NCBI GenBank assembly: GCA_035607285.1 | Contig: DATNBZ010000020.1 | Coordinates: 4,505 to 68,504 of the forward strand | Reading direction: 5' to 3' | Length of the DNA stretch: 64,000 bases | Origin: Blastocatellia bacterium | GTDB lineage: Bacteria > Acidobacteriota > Blastocatellia > UBA7656 | In this document: one piece after another, positions 19,188-28,924 of the stretch | Layout of the letters: every line of letters begins with the position of its first letter | How positions within the stretch are numbered: position 1 is the stretch's first letter | Notes under the pieces: generated by a model | What the model was told of the DNA's origin: nothing | The model's database searches: none | Seen by the model: the letters and a program-made list of their open reading frames with translations, nothing else | Program-made: the position numbers and the translations under genes

Positions 19188-19802
19188 ATGAAAAGACTGC
19201 TGTGTCTATTGATCTCGTGTTTGTTTCTGCTTTTTGCGAGCAACAGCCTTGCTCGGCAGCGAGAGGTTGCCTCGCAGGAGCTTCGCAAGGAGTTGCTCGA
19301 AAGAGTCGGTCGTGACCAGGCCATTCGGAACGAGATGATCAGGAGCGGCGTAACGCATCCCGACCCGAAAATCGAAGCACGGATGACGGAGATCGACTCG
19401 GCGAATACGGCGCGAATGAAGGAAATCGTGAAGCAATACGGTTGGCCCGGACCCGAGCTTGTTGGAGTCGACGGTGCCGAGGCCGCTTTCATGCTCGTCC
19501 AGCATGCCGAGCACCAGTTTCAAAAAGAAATGCTGCCGCTGGTCGAAAAGGCTTACCGCGAAAAGAAATTGCAGGGGCAAGACTACGCTCTTCTGCTGGA
19601 TCGAGTGCTGGTCGCCGAAGGCAAGCCGCAGGTCTACGGGACTCAGGCGAAGAGATTCGATCAATGGAAGAACAACGAACCGGTGTTCAACCCGATCGAG
19701 GATGAAGCCAACGTTGATAAGCGGCGCGCGGAGGTCGGACTTTTCTCGATGGCTGAATATCGGCGGCTGTTGAAGCAAATGTATTTTCCGAAACAGAAGT
19801 AG
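19188..19802 (+). CDS. Hypothetical exported protein
   Basis: Signal peptide 'MKRLLCLLISCLFLLFASNSLA'; 204 aa, Lys/Glu-rich; no family recognised. Confidence 0.6.
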   Translation: MKRLLCLLISCLFLLFASNSLARQREVASQELRKELLERVGRDQAIRNEMIRSGVTHPDPKIEARMTEIDSANTARMKEIVKQYGWPGPELVGVDGAEAAFMLVQHAEHQFQKEMLPLVEKAYREKKLQGQDYALLLDRVLVAEGKPQVYGTQAKRFDQWKNNEPVFNPIEDEANVDKRRAEVGLFSMAEYRRLLKQMYFPKQK

Positions 19803-19837
19803 CGGCCGGCGCGCTCGTGGCGCTGCGGTATGAATAG

Positions 19838-19920
19838 GGAAATTTGCGATTGCCGATTTGCGATTGCCGAGTTCTCAGGAAATCGGAAATCGGAAATCGG
19901 AAATCGGCAATCGGAAATCC
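19838..19920. repeat. Heptamer (GAAATCG)n tandem array facing an imperfect inverted copy (TTTGCGATTGCCGA x2)
   Basis: 'ggaaatcggaaatcggaaatcggaaatcggcaatcggaaatcc' and upstream 'gggaaatttgcgattgccgatttgcgattgccgag'. Confidence 0.5.
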
Positions 19921-19937
19921 AGTTAACTTGAATCTTC

Positions 19938-22900
19938 ATGGAGGAACTCACTTTGAATATTAGAAAATTGTTCTCCGCCGCGGTGCTGGCGGCTACGCTA
20001 TTTATCTCGATCTCGGCGTCGGCGCAGACCAAGCTGCTACGCTTTCCCGACATTCACGGCGACAAGGTCGTCTTCACTTATGGAGGCGACCTGTGGACCG
20101 CGCCCGCTGCGGGCGGAACGGCCACGCGACTGACGGCGCATCCGGGCGTCGAAGTCTTCGCCAAGTTCTCGCCCGACGGAAAATGGATCGCGTTTACCGG
20201 CCAGTACGACGGGGACGAGCAGGTGTATGTGATCCCCGCTACCGGAGGCGAACCGAAACAACTCACGTTTTATCCGGCGCGCGGCCCGCTGACACCGCGG
20301 TGGGGCTACGACAACCAGGTGTACGGCTGGACGAATGACGGGAAATCGGTTGTCTTCAAATCGCTTCGCGATTCGTGGACCCTTCCTGAGGCTCGACTGT
20401 ACACGGTTTCAGTCAACGGCGGGGCGGCCGAACCGCTGCCGATGCCTGAAGCCGGCTCCGGCGCGTTTTCACCGGATGGCGCGAAGATGGTTTACTCGCC
20501 GCAGTCGCGTGACTTCAGAACCGAAAAGCGATACGGCGGCGGCCAGGCCAATCAGCTCTACATTTTTGATTTGAAATCTTTCGATGCGAAGAAGATCAGC
20601 GAGGGCGCGCGGCCGAGCCGTGACCCGATGTGGATAGGAAACACGATCTACTTCAACTCCGATCGCGATGGTCATTTCAATCTTTACTCGTACGACGTCG
20701 CGAGCGGCAAGACTACGGCTGCGACAACGCACAAGCCCTGGGACGTGAGATGGCCGAGCGCCGACCGTGACGGGCGCATAGTCTATGAACTCGACGGCGA
20801 GCTTCGCGTGCTCGATACCAGGTCGAAGAAGGACACCGCGCTTTCAATCACCGTTCCCGACGATGGGCTCGCGCGAAGACCGAGCCGCGTCTCGGCAGCG
20901 AACAACATTGAAGACGCAACGCTGAGCCCGAAAGGCGAGCGCGTCCTGTTTTGCGCGCGTGGCGATATCTTCACCGCGCCAGTCGAGAAGGGAGGCACGC
21001 GCAACCTTACGCATTCATCGGGCGCACACGACAAGTGGCCTCGCTGGTCGCCCGACGGCTCGCGTATCGCCTTCATCTCAGATAAGAGCGGCGAAGATGA
21101 AGTCTGGGTCGTCGCGCAGGATGGATCGAGCGCTCCCGAGCAATTGACCACCGGCGGCAAAGCCTTTCGTTACGCCGCCGAGTGGGCGCCCGACGGAAAG
21201 CGTCTCGCATTCGGCGACAAGGACGGCAAGATCTTTGTGGTTACCGTCGCCGATCACACGCTCACGCAGGTTGTCGATGCGCAGTTCGGTCAGATTCGAG
21301 ACTACGCGTGGTCGCCTCGCGGGAACCATCTGGCATTCAGCATGTCGAACAACACCGGCTTCCGCGCAATGTATATCTGGAGCGCCGGCGACAGCCAGCT
21401 TCGCAAAGTCACCGACAATCTGTTTAATTCGCACACTCCGGTGTGGGACCCCCAGGGTAATTATCTTTACTATCTGAGCGATCGCGAATTTGCGCCGCAG
21501 ATCTCGAACCTCGAATTCGACTATGCGACTAATCGCTCGACCGGAATTTTTGCGCTTGCGCTTCGCAAGGACGTCAAGAGCCTGTTTCCTCCCGAGAGCG
21601 ATGAAGTGACGGTCACCAGGGACGATGGCGACAAGCCGAAGGAGCCGGAGAAAAAAGAAGCCGCGCCCAAACCCTCCGCCGATCTGGCGATTGATTTCGA
21701 CGGGCTTGGCTCGCGCGTAGTGCGCGTGCCGGTTGAGGCGAACAACTACTTTGGGCTAGCGGTGAAGAACGGGTATTTGCTTTATGCGACCGGTTCCGCG
21801 TTTTACTACGGACGCCAGGGAGACCGGCCGGCTTCCCTGAAAATTTATTCGATAAAGGACCGCAAGGAGACGAATTTCGTCGAAGACATTCGCGGCTACG
21901 ATCTGTCGATGGACGGATCGAAGGTGTTGGTGGCGGGTCCGGGGCAAAGCTTCGGTGTCTACGACGCCACGCCGCAGGGCGACAAGAGCAGGAAGGCGAT
22001 TTCAACCGCGGGACTGGCGGTCGATCGCGTGCCCGCCGAAGAATGGAATCAGATCTTCAACGAAGCGTGGCGGCGCTATCGTGACTTCTTCTACGTTCCG
22101 AACATGCACGGCTACGATTGGGAAGCGTTGCGCGAGCAGTACAAGCCGCTGTTGAAGTATGTCGCGCATCGTTCAGACCTCAACTACGTGATCGGCGAGA
22201 TGATCTCGGAGCTGACCGTTCAGCACGCCTACGTCGAGGGCGGAGACATTCCGCTTCCGCCGCGTCCGCGGGTTGCGCTGCCTGGCGCCAGGTTTGAACT
22301 CGATCGAACGGCAGGCCGTTACAAGATCGCGAAGATCTTCGCCGGCGAAAACGAAGAGGACATCTACCGTTCACCGCTTACCGAAGTAGGAGTCAACGTG
22401 TCGGTGGGTGATTACGTCCTGGCGATAAACGGCGAAGAGCTGACAGCGGCTGATGACCCTTATCGGCTTCTGCGCAACAAAACCGACAGCACGGTTTTAT
22501 TGACGGTCAACAAAGAACCGACGATGACCGGAGCGCGAACGGTTTCTTACAAGCCGATCACAAACGAGAGCGATTTGATCTACCTCGATTGGGTCACCGC
22601 CAATCGCAAGAAGGTATCTGACATGACCGGCGGACGCGTGGGCTACATCCACATCCCTGATATGGGCGCCGCGGGTATTCGTGAGTTCATCAAGTGGTAT
22701 TACGGTCAGATCACCAAAGAAGGAATGGTCGTCGACGTTCGAGCAAACGGGGGCGGCAACGTATCTCAGATGCTGATCGAGCGTCTGCGCCGAAAAGTGC
22801 TCGCGCTCAACTACTCGCGGACCTTCGATGAAGCCAGCACGTATCCGGGCGCGGTTTTTTCCGGGCCGATGGCGGCGCTTCTGAATGAGAACTCGGCTTC

Positions 22901-23309
22901 CGACGGCGACATTTTCCCGGCGATGTTTCGCGAGGCGGGACTCGGTCCGCTTATTGGGAAACGCTCGTGGGGCGGTGTCATCGGCATCGGCAATCGGGGC
23001 ACGCTGATCGACGGCGGCACGATCTTTGTGCCGGAGTCGGCGTTCGCAAGCGCAAAGGGACAATGGATTATCGAAGGCCACGGCGTCGATCCCGACATCG
23101 AAGTCGAGAACGATCCCAGGTCGGTGATGGCCGGCAAGGATCCGCAGCTCGAGCGCGCGGTGGCCGAGATCATGAAGACGCTCAAGGATCATCCGGTGAA
23201 ACTGCCGGCTCGTCCCGCGGCGCCGATAAAGACGCCCGACTATCGCCCCGACGTAACGCAGAACGGCCGGCCGGCTCGGCCCGAAGCGAAGGCCAAGGGT
23301 AATAACTGA
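19938..23309 (+). CDS. Tricorn-protease-like S41 peptidase (beta-propeller + PDZ + S41 domains)
   Basis: TolB-like propeller repeats ('KFSPDGKWIAF', 'RWSPDGSRIAF'), C-terminal S41 core 'SDGDIFPAMFREAGLGPLIGKRSWGG'; start could alternatively be the TTG at 19953 after the GGAGGA RBS. Confidence 0.85.
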   Translation: MEELTLNIRKLFSAAVLAATLFISISASAQTKLLRFPDIHGDKVVFTYGGDLWTAPAAGGTATRLTAHPGVEVFAKFSPDGKWIAFTGQYDGDEQVYVIPATGGEPKQLTFYPARGPLTPRWGYDNQVYGWTNDGKSVVFKSLRDSWTLPEARLYTVSVNGGAAEPLPMPEAGSGAFSPDGAKMVYSPQSRDFRTEKRYGGGQANQLYIFDLKSFDAKKISEGARPSRDPMWIGNTIYFNSDRDGHFNLYSYDVASGKTTAATTHKPWDVRWPSADRDGRIVYELDGELRVLDTRSKKDTALSITVPDDGLARRPSRVSAANNIEDATLSPKGERVLFCARGDIFTAPVEKGGTRNLTHSSGAHDKWPRWSPDGSRIAFISDKSGEDEVWVVAQDGSSAPEQLTTGGKAFRYAAEWAPDGKRLAFGDKDGKIFVVTVADHTLTQVVDAQFGQIRDYAWSPRGNHLAFSMSNNTGFRAMYIWSAGDSQLRKVTDNLFNSHTPVWDPQGNYLYYLSDREFAPQISNLEFDYATNRSTGIFALALRKDVKSLFPPESDEVTVTRDDGDKPKEPEKKEAAPKPSADLAIDFDGLGSRVVRVPVEANNYFGLAVKNGYLLYATGSAFYYGRQGDRPASLKIYSIKDRKETNFVEDIRGYDLSMDGSKVLVAGPGQSFGVYDATPQGDKSRKAISTAGLAVDRVPAEEWNQIFNEAWRRYRDFFYVPNMHGYDWEALREQYKPLLKYVAHRSDLNYVIGEMISELTVQHAYVEGGDIPLPPRPRVALPGARFELDRTAGRYKIAKIFAGENEEDIYRSPLTEVGVNVSVGDYVLAINGEELTAADDPYRLLRNKTDSTVLLTVNKEPTMTGARTVSYKPITNESDLIYLDWVTANRKKVSDMTGGRVGYIHIPDMGAAGIREFIKWYYGQITKEGMVVDVRANGGGNVSQMLIERLRRKVLALNYSRTFDEASTYPGAVFSGPMAALLNENSASDGDIFPAMFREAGLGPLIGKRSWGGVIGIGNRGTLIDGGTIFVPESAFASAKGQWIIEGHGVDPDIEVENDPRSVMAGKDPQLERAVAEIMKTLKDHPVKLPARPAAPIKTPDYRPDVTQNGRPARPEAKAKGNN

Positions 23310-23315
23310 TCGAAG

Positions 23316-23510
23316 CAGTCGTTCAGAGTACCGAAGCGGGTGTTCAGAGTATCGAAGCGGGTGTTCAGAGTACCGGCTTTAGCCGGGTAGTGCCTCTCGC
23401 TGTCGACCGTCTCAGTTGCCGCTGTCGAACGTTTCAGTTGCATTAGGCACTACCCGACTAAAGTCGGTACTCTGAACGCCCGCGTTACTCTGAACGCCCG
23501 CGTTGCCGGC
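23316..23510. repeat. Composite palindromic element (CTGAAC family), second full copy
   Basis: 'gttcagagtaccgaagcgggtgttcagagt...ccggctttagccgggtagtgcct ... aggcactacccgactaaagtcggtactctgaacgcccgcgttactctgaacgcccgc'. Confidence 0.7.
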
Positions 23511-23520
23511 AATAATTAAG

Positions 23521-24279
23521 ATGACGAGAAACGCGATTCAGATCGAGATTACCGATAACATCGCGGTCCTGACGATCGACCGGCCCTCCGCCAATGCAAT
23601 CGATCTCGACACTGCCCGTGAGTTCGCAGATGCTCTTTCGAGCCTCGTAGAACGCAACGACATCGGCGCGTTGATAGTCACCGGCGCAGGCAAGTGTCTT
23701 TCCGCCGGACTGGATCTGAAGGTGATTCCTACCTACGACCGGAACCAGCAACAGGCGATGGTCATGGAAGTCAACCGGCTGTTTGGACGGTTATACGATT
23801 TGCCGTTTCCGACGATTGCCGCGGTGAACGGACACGCAATTGCCGGCGGCGTGATTCTGACTCTCGCGTGCGATTACCGTATTGGCGCGGAAGGCGACTA
23901 CAAACTTGGTCTTGCCGAAATGCGCGTCGGCGTCCCTTTCCCGGTTGCGGCGCTGGCGATCGTTCAATCGGAACTGAGCCACAGGGCGGCGCGCTTGATG
24001 GTGTTGACCGCTCGCAACCTGAATCCACGCGAAGCGCTTTCCTTCGGAGTGCTTGATGAATTGCAGCCGCCCGAGCGATTGCTCGACCGGGCGATGGAGG
24101 TTGCCCGGGAAATGGCGGCCTTGCCGCGAGCGACTTATGCTCGAATCAAACGTGACCTTCGCGCTCATGCTCGTTCGCGCGTCGAGGACGCGATAGAAAA
24201 TCGGAATGAACCGATGCTCGAGTCGTGGCTGGGCGCGGAGACTATCGAGGCGGCTTCTGAAGCATTAAAGAAAAAGTAG
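23521..24279 (+). CDS. Enoyl-CoA hydratase/isomerase (crotonase) family protein
   Basis: 'ALIVTGAGKCLSAGLDLK' and 'AVNGHAIAGGVILTLACDYRI' crotonase signatures; start at ATG 23521 (the ORF-track TTG at 23503 lies inside the repeat). Confidence 0.85.
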   Translation: MTRNAIQIEITDNIAVLTIDRPSANAIDLDTAREFADALSSLVERNDIGALIVTGAGKCLSAGLDLKVIPTYDRNQQQAMVMEVNRLFGRLYDLPFPTIAAVNGHAIAGGVILTLACDYRIGAEGDYKLGLAEMRVGVPFPVAALAIVQSELSHRAARLMVLTARNLNPREALSFGVLDELQPPERLLDRAMEVAREMAALPRATYARIKRDLRAHARSRVEDAIENRNEPMLESWLGAETIEAASEALKKK

Positions 24280-24419
24280 TGAGCCCTGAGGCGGGCGCGC
24301 TCGAAGGTAGCACAAACTACCTCGAGCGGAAATTATCCATCAAACTGGAAGGAAGCTCGGGAGGAAGCGCGCGAGCGTATGCTCGATGCGTCTGAGCCCC
24401 GAGCTAAGGGGTGGCACAC

Positions 24420-26816
24420 ATGGAATCCCTGTTACACGACCTTCGGTACAGTACCCGCCTGCTGATCAGGAAGCCCGCGTTTACCGCGCTGGCAGTCATT
24501 ACATTGGCGCTTGGAATTGGCGCGAACACCGCCATTTTCAGCGTCGTGAATTCCGTCCTGCTCCGTCCGCTTCCGTATCCGCACCCAGAAAGGCTGTTGA
24601 CGATCCGTTCGAATCAATCGGTCCCGGATCTCGACGACATCAAGGCTCAGAGCCAGTCGTTTGAATACTTCGGCGGCTCGGTGATGCAGGCTCTTGATTA
24701 CACCGGCGAAGCTGAACCGCTCCAGGTGCAGGCCTCGCTCGTCAACGCAGACTTGTTCAAGGCTCTGGGTGCGCAAGCTGCCATCGGACGCGTGATCAAC
24801 GACGAAGAGGATCGATTCGGTGGCGAGCCGGTAGTCGTGTTGAGCCACGGCTTTTGGCAACGGCACTTCGGCGGCGATCGCGGTGTGCTTGGAAAGCCGG
24901 TTCAACTGAGCGGCAATAGCTACACGGTCATCGGAGTGATGCCTGCTGATTTCGTGATGCCAACCGAAGCTCCCGATCTGTGGGCTTCCGTTCGAGTGGC
25001 GAATCCCGTAGCCGCTCGTTTTCGAGGCGTGCATTTCCTCCGAAACTATTTGCGGCTCAAGCCAGGAGTACCGGCCGCCCAGGCGCAGGCCGAGATGGAG
25101 GGCATTGACGGCTGGCTATCCGAGCATTACCCCGAAGAGAACAAGAACCGCCACACAGTTCTTTTGTCTTTGCACGATCGCGTCGTCACCAACTCGCGTT
25201 CCGCTTTGCTGATCCTGTTCGGCGCCGTTGGACTGGTTTTGCTGATCGCGTGCGCTAACTTCGCGAACCTGCTGCTTGCGCGCGCGGCGGCGCGGCGCCA
25301 GGAACTGGTGATTCGCGCGGCGCTGGGCGCGGGACGAGCGCGATTGGTGCGCCAGATGCTCACGGAAAGCACGCTGCTTTCACTCGTCGGAGGAGCGGGA
25401 GGGCTCGTGTTGGCGATGTGGGGCGTAGATCTCCTGACCGCGCTCAAGCCTGCGAACCTTCCGCGCCTGTCTTCGATTGGAATCGATGGCTGGGTGCTGG
25501 CTTTCACACTTGGAATCTCGGTGCTCACGGGTGTGATTTTCGGACTCATCCCTGCGTTGAATGCTTCGAAGCTCGAAGCCGGTGAAGCGTTGAAAGAATC
25601 GTCGCGCGGCTCGACGGGCGGCATCGCCAGACTGCGCGCGCGCAACCTGCTTGTCGTGTCGGAGATCGCGCTTGCGCTTGTTCTGTTGATCGGAGCCGGG
25701 CTGCTGATCAAGAGCCTCTGGCGGCTGAGGACGATCGATCCGGGGTTCAATCCCGACGGGTTGGTCACTATGCGAATCGAGCTGCCCGAAGCGCGCTATC
25801 GAGAGATCCCCAAACAGACTCAATTTCGGCAACGCGTCCTCGAGTCGATCAACTCGATTCCCGGAACTCAGGCGGTGATGATCAGCGAGCTTCCGATGAG
25901 CGGCGACAACCTGATGCACAATTTCATCATCGACGGACGCCCGCCGCTCGCTACGGGAACGGAACCGGAGCTCGAGACTCGCACTGTAGCCGGCGACTAC
26001 TTTCGAACGATGGGGATTCCGCTGATCGCCGGCCGTGACTTCACCGAGCAGGACAACGCAGACGCGCCGATGGTCGGCCTGGTCAACGAAAGCTTCGTGC
26101 GCGAGTACTTTCCCAATGAGAGTCCGATCGGCGGACGAATCGCGTGGGCAAGAGGAACGCCGCGACAGTGGATGACAATCATAGGGGTCGTTGGGGATGT
26201 GAAACACTTCGGTCTCAATCTCCCTGAGCTGCCCGCGTTCTACGGCTCGTACGTGCAGTTGAATCAGCCGTGGAAGCGATGGATGTACATGGCTGTTCGA
26301 GGCGATCAGGGTTCGGGAGCGCTGATCGGGCGGGTCAAGAGTGAGATTTGGAAAGTAGACCCCGCGATCCCGCTCACCAAGCTCCGCACGATGTCTCAAG
26401 TCATGTCGGCTTCGCTTTCAGCCCAACGCTTCAACATGACGTTGATGGGAATCTTCGCGGGCGTCGCGCTGGTGTTGGCGGCGGTCGGCATCTACGGAGT
26501 CGTGTCCTATTCGGTGGCGCAGCGCACACACGAGATAGGCATTCGCATGGCGTTGGGCGCCGAGACCGGCGATGTGCTGAGAATTGTTTTGAGACAAGGG
26601 CTCATGCTGGCTGGTTTGGGAGTGGGGACCGGGCTTGTGGCGGCGTTCGCGGTCAGCCGAGTGATGTCGACTCTGCTCTTCGGTGTGAGCACCACCGATC
26701 CGGCAATCTTCTTAGCGATTTCGGTTGTGCTGACAGGAGTGGCTCTGGGAGCCACTTTGATCCCAGCTCGACGGGCCACAAAAGTGGACCCGATGATCGC
26801 ATTGAGATATGAATGA
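24420..26816 (+). CDS. ADOP/MacB-like duplicated FtsX ABC transporter permease (full length)
   Basis: 'MESLLHDLRYSTRLLIRKPAFT...' to 'VDPMIALRYE'. Confidence 0.9.
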   Translation: MESLLHDLRYSTRLLIRKPAFTALAVITLALGIGANTAIFSVVNSVLLRPLPYPHPERLLTIRSNQSVPDLDDIKAQSQSFEYFGGSVMQALDYTGEAEPLQVQASLVNADLFKALGAQAAIGRVINDEEDRFGGEPVVVLSHGFWQRHFGGDRGVLGKPVQLSGNSYTVIGVMPADFVMPTEAPDLWASVRVANPVAARFRGVHFLRNYLRLKPGVPAAQAQAEMEGIDGWLSEHYPEENKNRHTVLLSLHDRVVTNSRSALLILFGAVGLVLLIACANFANLLLARAAARRQELVIRAALGAGRARLVRQMLTESTLLSLVGGAGGLVLAMWGVDLLTALKPANLPRLSSIGIDGWVLAFTLGISVLTGVIFGLIPALNASKLEAGEALKESSRGSTGGIARLRARNLLVVSEIALALVLLIGAGLLIKSLWRLRTIDPGFNPDGLVTMRIELPEARYREIPKQTQFRQRVLESINSIPGTQAVMISELPMSGDNLMHNFIIDGRPPLATGTEPELETRTVAGDYFRTMGIPLIAGRDFTEQDNADAPMVGLVNESFVREYFPNESPIGGRIAWARGTPRQWMTIIGVVGDVKHFGLNLPELPAFYGSYVQLNQPWKRWMYMAVRGDQGSGALIGRVKSEIWKVDPAIPLTKLRTMSQVMSASLSAQRFNMTLMGIFAGVALVLAAVGIYGVVSYSVAQRTHEIGIRMALGAETGDVLRIVLRQGLMLAGLGVGTGLVAAFAVSRVMSTLLFGVSTTDPAIFLAISVVLTGVALGATLIPARRATKVDPMIALRYE

Positions 26817-26825
26817 AGGGAAACC

Positions 26826-26918
26826 CATGTATGGGCGGCCCTCCGTGGCCGCCCCTCAGTGGTGCCGAAGAGAGTTCGACTTCGACTGAGGGGCGGCCAC
26901 GGAGGGCCGCCCATACAT
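26826..26918. repeat. Palindromic intergenic element, family 1 (CATGTATGGGCGGCCCTCCGTGGCCGCCCCTC ... GAGGGGCGGCCACGGAGGGCCGCCCATACATG)
   Basis: Near-perfect 32-bp inverted arms; copies at 32757, 42047, 55212 and 60048. Confidence 0.75.
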
Positions 26919-26946
26919 GCACTAGAGAACCAAAAGGAGAAGACAG

Positions 26947-27582
26947 ATGAAACACAAAGGATTGAAATTAGCGATTGCGATGTGTGCAATGCTCTTTTGC
27001 GTAGCGGCGGAGCTACAGGCGCAAGACGCTCCAAAGAAACCTCAACCCAAGTACTTCGTTTTCGGCAGCGACTCGCCCGAGCGCGGCACCACGCGTGTCG
27101 GCTACTGGAGCAGCGAAAAGAACATGGGCGCCGGACAACTCGCGATCGACTACGGCCGTCCGGTTTGGAAGAAGGATTACGAGGATACGGCGAAGTTCGA
27201 CGCGATGACTAAGGGCAAAGTCTATCGGCTCGGGAGTAATTTCTGGACTACGCTTGATACGGATATGCCGCTGGTGATCGCGGGGAAGACTATTCCGGCA
27301 GGCTCGTGGTACCTGGGCTTGCATCGATCCACAGACGGAGCCACCTGGAGCCTGGTGTTCATCGATCCGGCCAAGGCTCGTGCGGCGCACGTTGATGCTT
27401 CCGAGATCGAACGCGCTCCGATCGCTTTCAAGGCGCCGATGACCGCTGACCCGGGCGCCGAGATGAAAGAGAAGCTTACGATTGATCTGGTATTCAAAAA
27501 AGGTGACTTTCAGAACGTGACGCTCAAGATCGGGTGGGGAAAGATTCAATTGAGCGCCCCGGTTCAAGTTCCGATGTCGTGA
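26947..27582 (+). CDS. DUF2911-like secreted protein
   Basis: Signal peptide; 'AIDYGRPVWKK...VYRLGSNFWTTLDTDMPLVIAGKTIPAGSWYLGL' resembles the DUF2911 core. Confidence 0.6.
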   Translation: MKHKGLKLAIAMCAMLFCVAAELQAQDAPKKPQPKYFVFGSDSPERGTTRVGYWSSEKNMGAGQLAIDYGRPVWKKDYEDTAKFDAMTKGKVYRLGSNFWTTLDTDMPLVIAGKTIPAGSWYLGLHRSTDGATWSLVFIDPAKARAAHVDASEIERAPIAFKAPMTADPGAEMKEKLTIDLVFKKGDFQNVTLKIGWGKIQLSAPVQVPMS

Positions 27583-27583
27583 G

Positions 27584-28822
27584 CTAATACTCAGTCATGC
27601 TCGTATTAACGAGCCGATAGGTGAAGAAACCGCTTTGCGAGCTTTGCGGTACTTTGCGAGCTTTGCGTTCAACGTATCTCTCTTTCTCGAGCGGATTCCT
27701 TGCGCAAAGCTCGCAAAGGACCGCAAAGCTCGCTGCGTCGGGTGGTTTCTTTCGAGTGCGTGCGCTCAGCGCTTCTTTCCAGAGCGCGGGATAATCCGTG
27801 AACCCGCCGTCTATCCCGTAGCCTAGATATAGCTGAATGTCCGCGATGATGTTTGCTCGGACCGTCGAGCCGTTCGGTTGCTTTTCATCCAATGGACGAC
27901 GCGCGTTCGCGCTAGTCGAACCGCGAAACGTGTATGGGTGAATCACCAACCCGGCTTTGTGAAACGTCGCGACATCGTCGGCACTCTTGAGCAGGCTCTT
28001 ACTCGGGCCGGCTCCTTGAGCGTAAGAAGCGATCTCCTCGGCTAGCTTCGGTGTGACGATCGCGGTGTCCTTCTCGCGTCCGTGTGTTTCCATCGGCAAG
28101 AGCTGAACGCGTGGATAGCCCGACGCCAACTCGCGCATTCGAAGCAACGCTTCCTTGTAAAACGACTGAATGAAAATGCGATTGTGCTGAGAAGGACGGT
28201 CGAAGCCATGCGCTTTGAGCACAGCCGCAAGCTTCTCGGCAGTATCGAAGCCAAGCGATTTGTAAAACGCGAAGTGTTTCAACTCGATGTACAACCCTGC
28301 GCGATTGCCTACGAACCTGATTGTCTCTTCCATCGTCGGCACGCGTTGTCCGACATAAGCCGGATTAGCAGCAAACGGATTTGCTCGATTGAACCACGAG
28401 CCCGCGTCGAGACGTTTGATCTCGGCGAGCGTGAAGTCGACGGTGTACCAGCCAGGTTTCGGTTTGCCTGTTTCTTCCGGATCGCGAAGCGTCGTTCGAT
28501 CGGGAAATACCTCGGCCGCGTTCGTCGTTCGAGCGAGGTCGGGATCGTGAAGGCAGATCAGCACGCCGTCTTTTGTGACCTGCAAGTCCTGCTCGACGAA
28601 ATCCGCGCCTTGCTCCATAGCGAGCTTGTATCCGGCTAGCGTGTGTTCAGGCGCGTATCCCGAAGCGCCTCGATGCGCGACACACAACGGCTTGTGCGAA
28701 GAGCGAGCCTGCCGCGTCGTTCCTCGAAGCGTAGCCGGAACGCCGATCGACATAGACATAGCAACGACAAAAATAGAAAGCCGGCTTATGCGGCGTATCG
28801 CGCTTTGAAGATTGGTGTTCAC
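27584..28822 (-). CDS. Glycerophosphodiester phosphodiesterase (GDPD) family protein, secreted
   Basis: 'CVAHRGASGYAPEHTLAGYKLAMEQGADFVEQDLQVTKDGVLICLHD' GDPD catalytic signature; probable GTG start giving signal peptide 'MNTNLQSAIRRISRLSIFVVAMSMS'; the 3' end (27584-27750) runs through a family-2 repeat. Confidence 0.8.
   Translation of the reverse strand: MNTNLQSAIRRISRLSIFVVAMSMSIGVPATLRGTTRQARSSHKPLCVAHRGASGYAPEHTLAGYKLAMEQGADFVEQDLQVTKDGVLICLHDPDLARTTNAAEVFPDRTTLRDPEETGKPKPGWYTVDFTLAEIKRLDAGSWFNRANPFAANPAYVGQRVPTMEETIRFVGNRAGLYIELKHFAFYKSLGFDTAEKLAAVLKAHGFDRPSQHNRIFIQSFYKEALLRMRELASGYPRVQLLPMETHGREKDTAIVTPKLAEEIASYAQGAGPSKSLLKSADDVATFHKAGLVIHPYTFRGSTSANARRPLDEKQPNGSTVRANIIADIQLYLGYGIDGGFTDYPALWKEALSARTRKKPPDAASFAVLCELCARNPLEKERYVERKARKVPQSSQSGFFTYRLVNTSMTEY
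27631..27734. repeat. Palindromic element, family 2, embedded in the 3' end of the GDPD ORF
   Basis: 'ccgctttgcgagctttgcggtactttgcgagctttgcgttcaacg' ... 'cttgcgcaaagctcgcaaaggaccgcaaagctcgc'. Confidence 0.7.
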
Positions 28823-28924
28823 GTCAGGAGATTTGGTCTTGTTATTCACGCTCAGAATATACAAACGAACTTGCCATAAGCGAAAGACTCTGATTCGATA
28901 ACGCCTGTCAAACTGGAGGACGCT

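Noticed and set aside
25127-26399. Minus-strand ORFs 25127-25768 and 25380-26399 inside the third ADOP gene
   Set aside because: Same antisense artefact; Arg/Ser/Pro-rich low-complexity translations.
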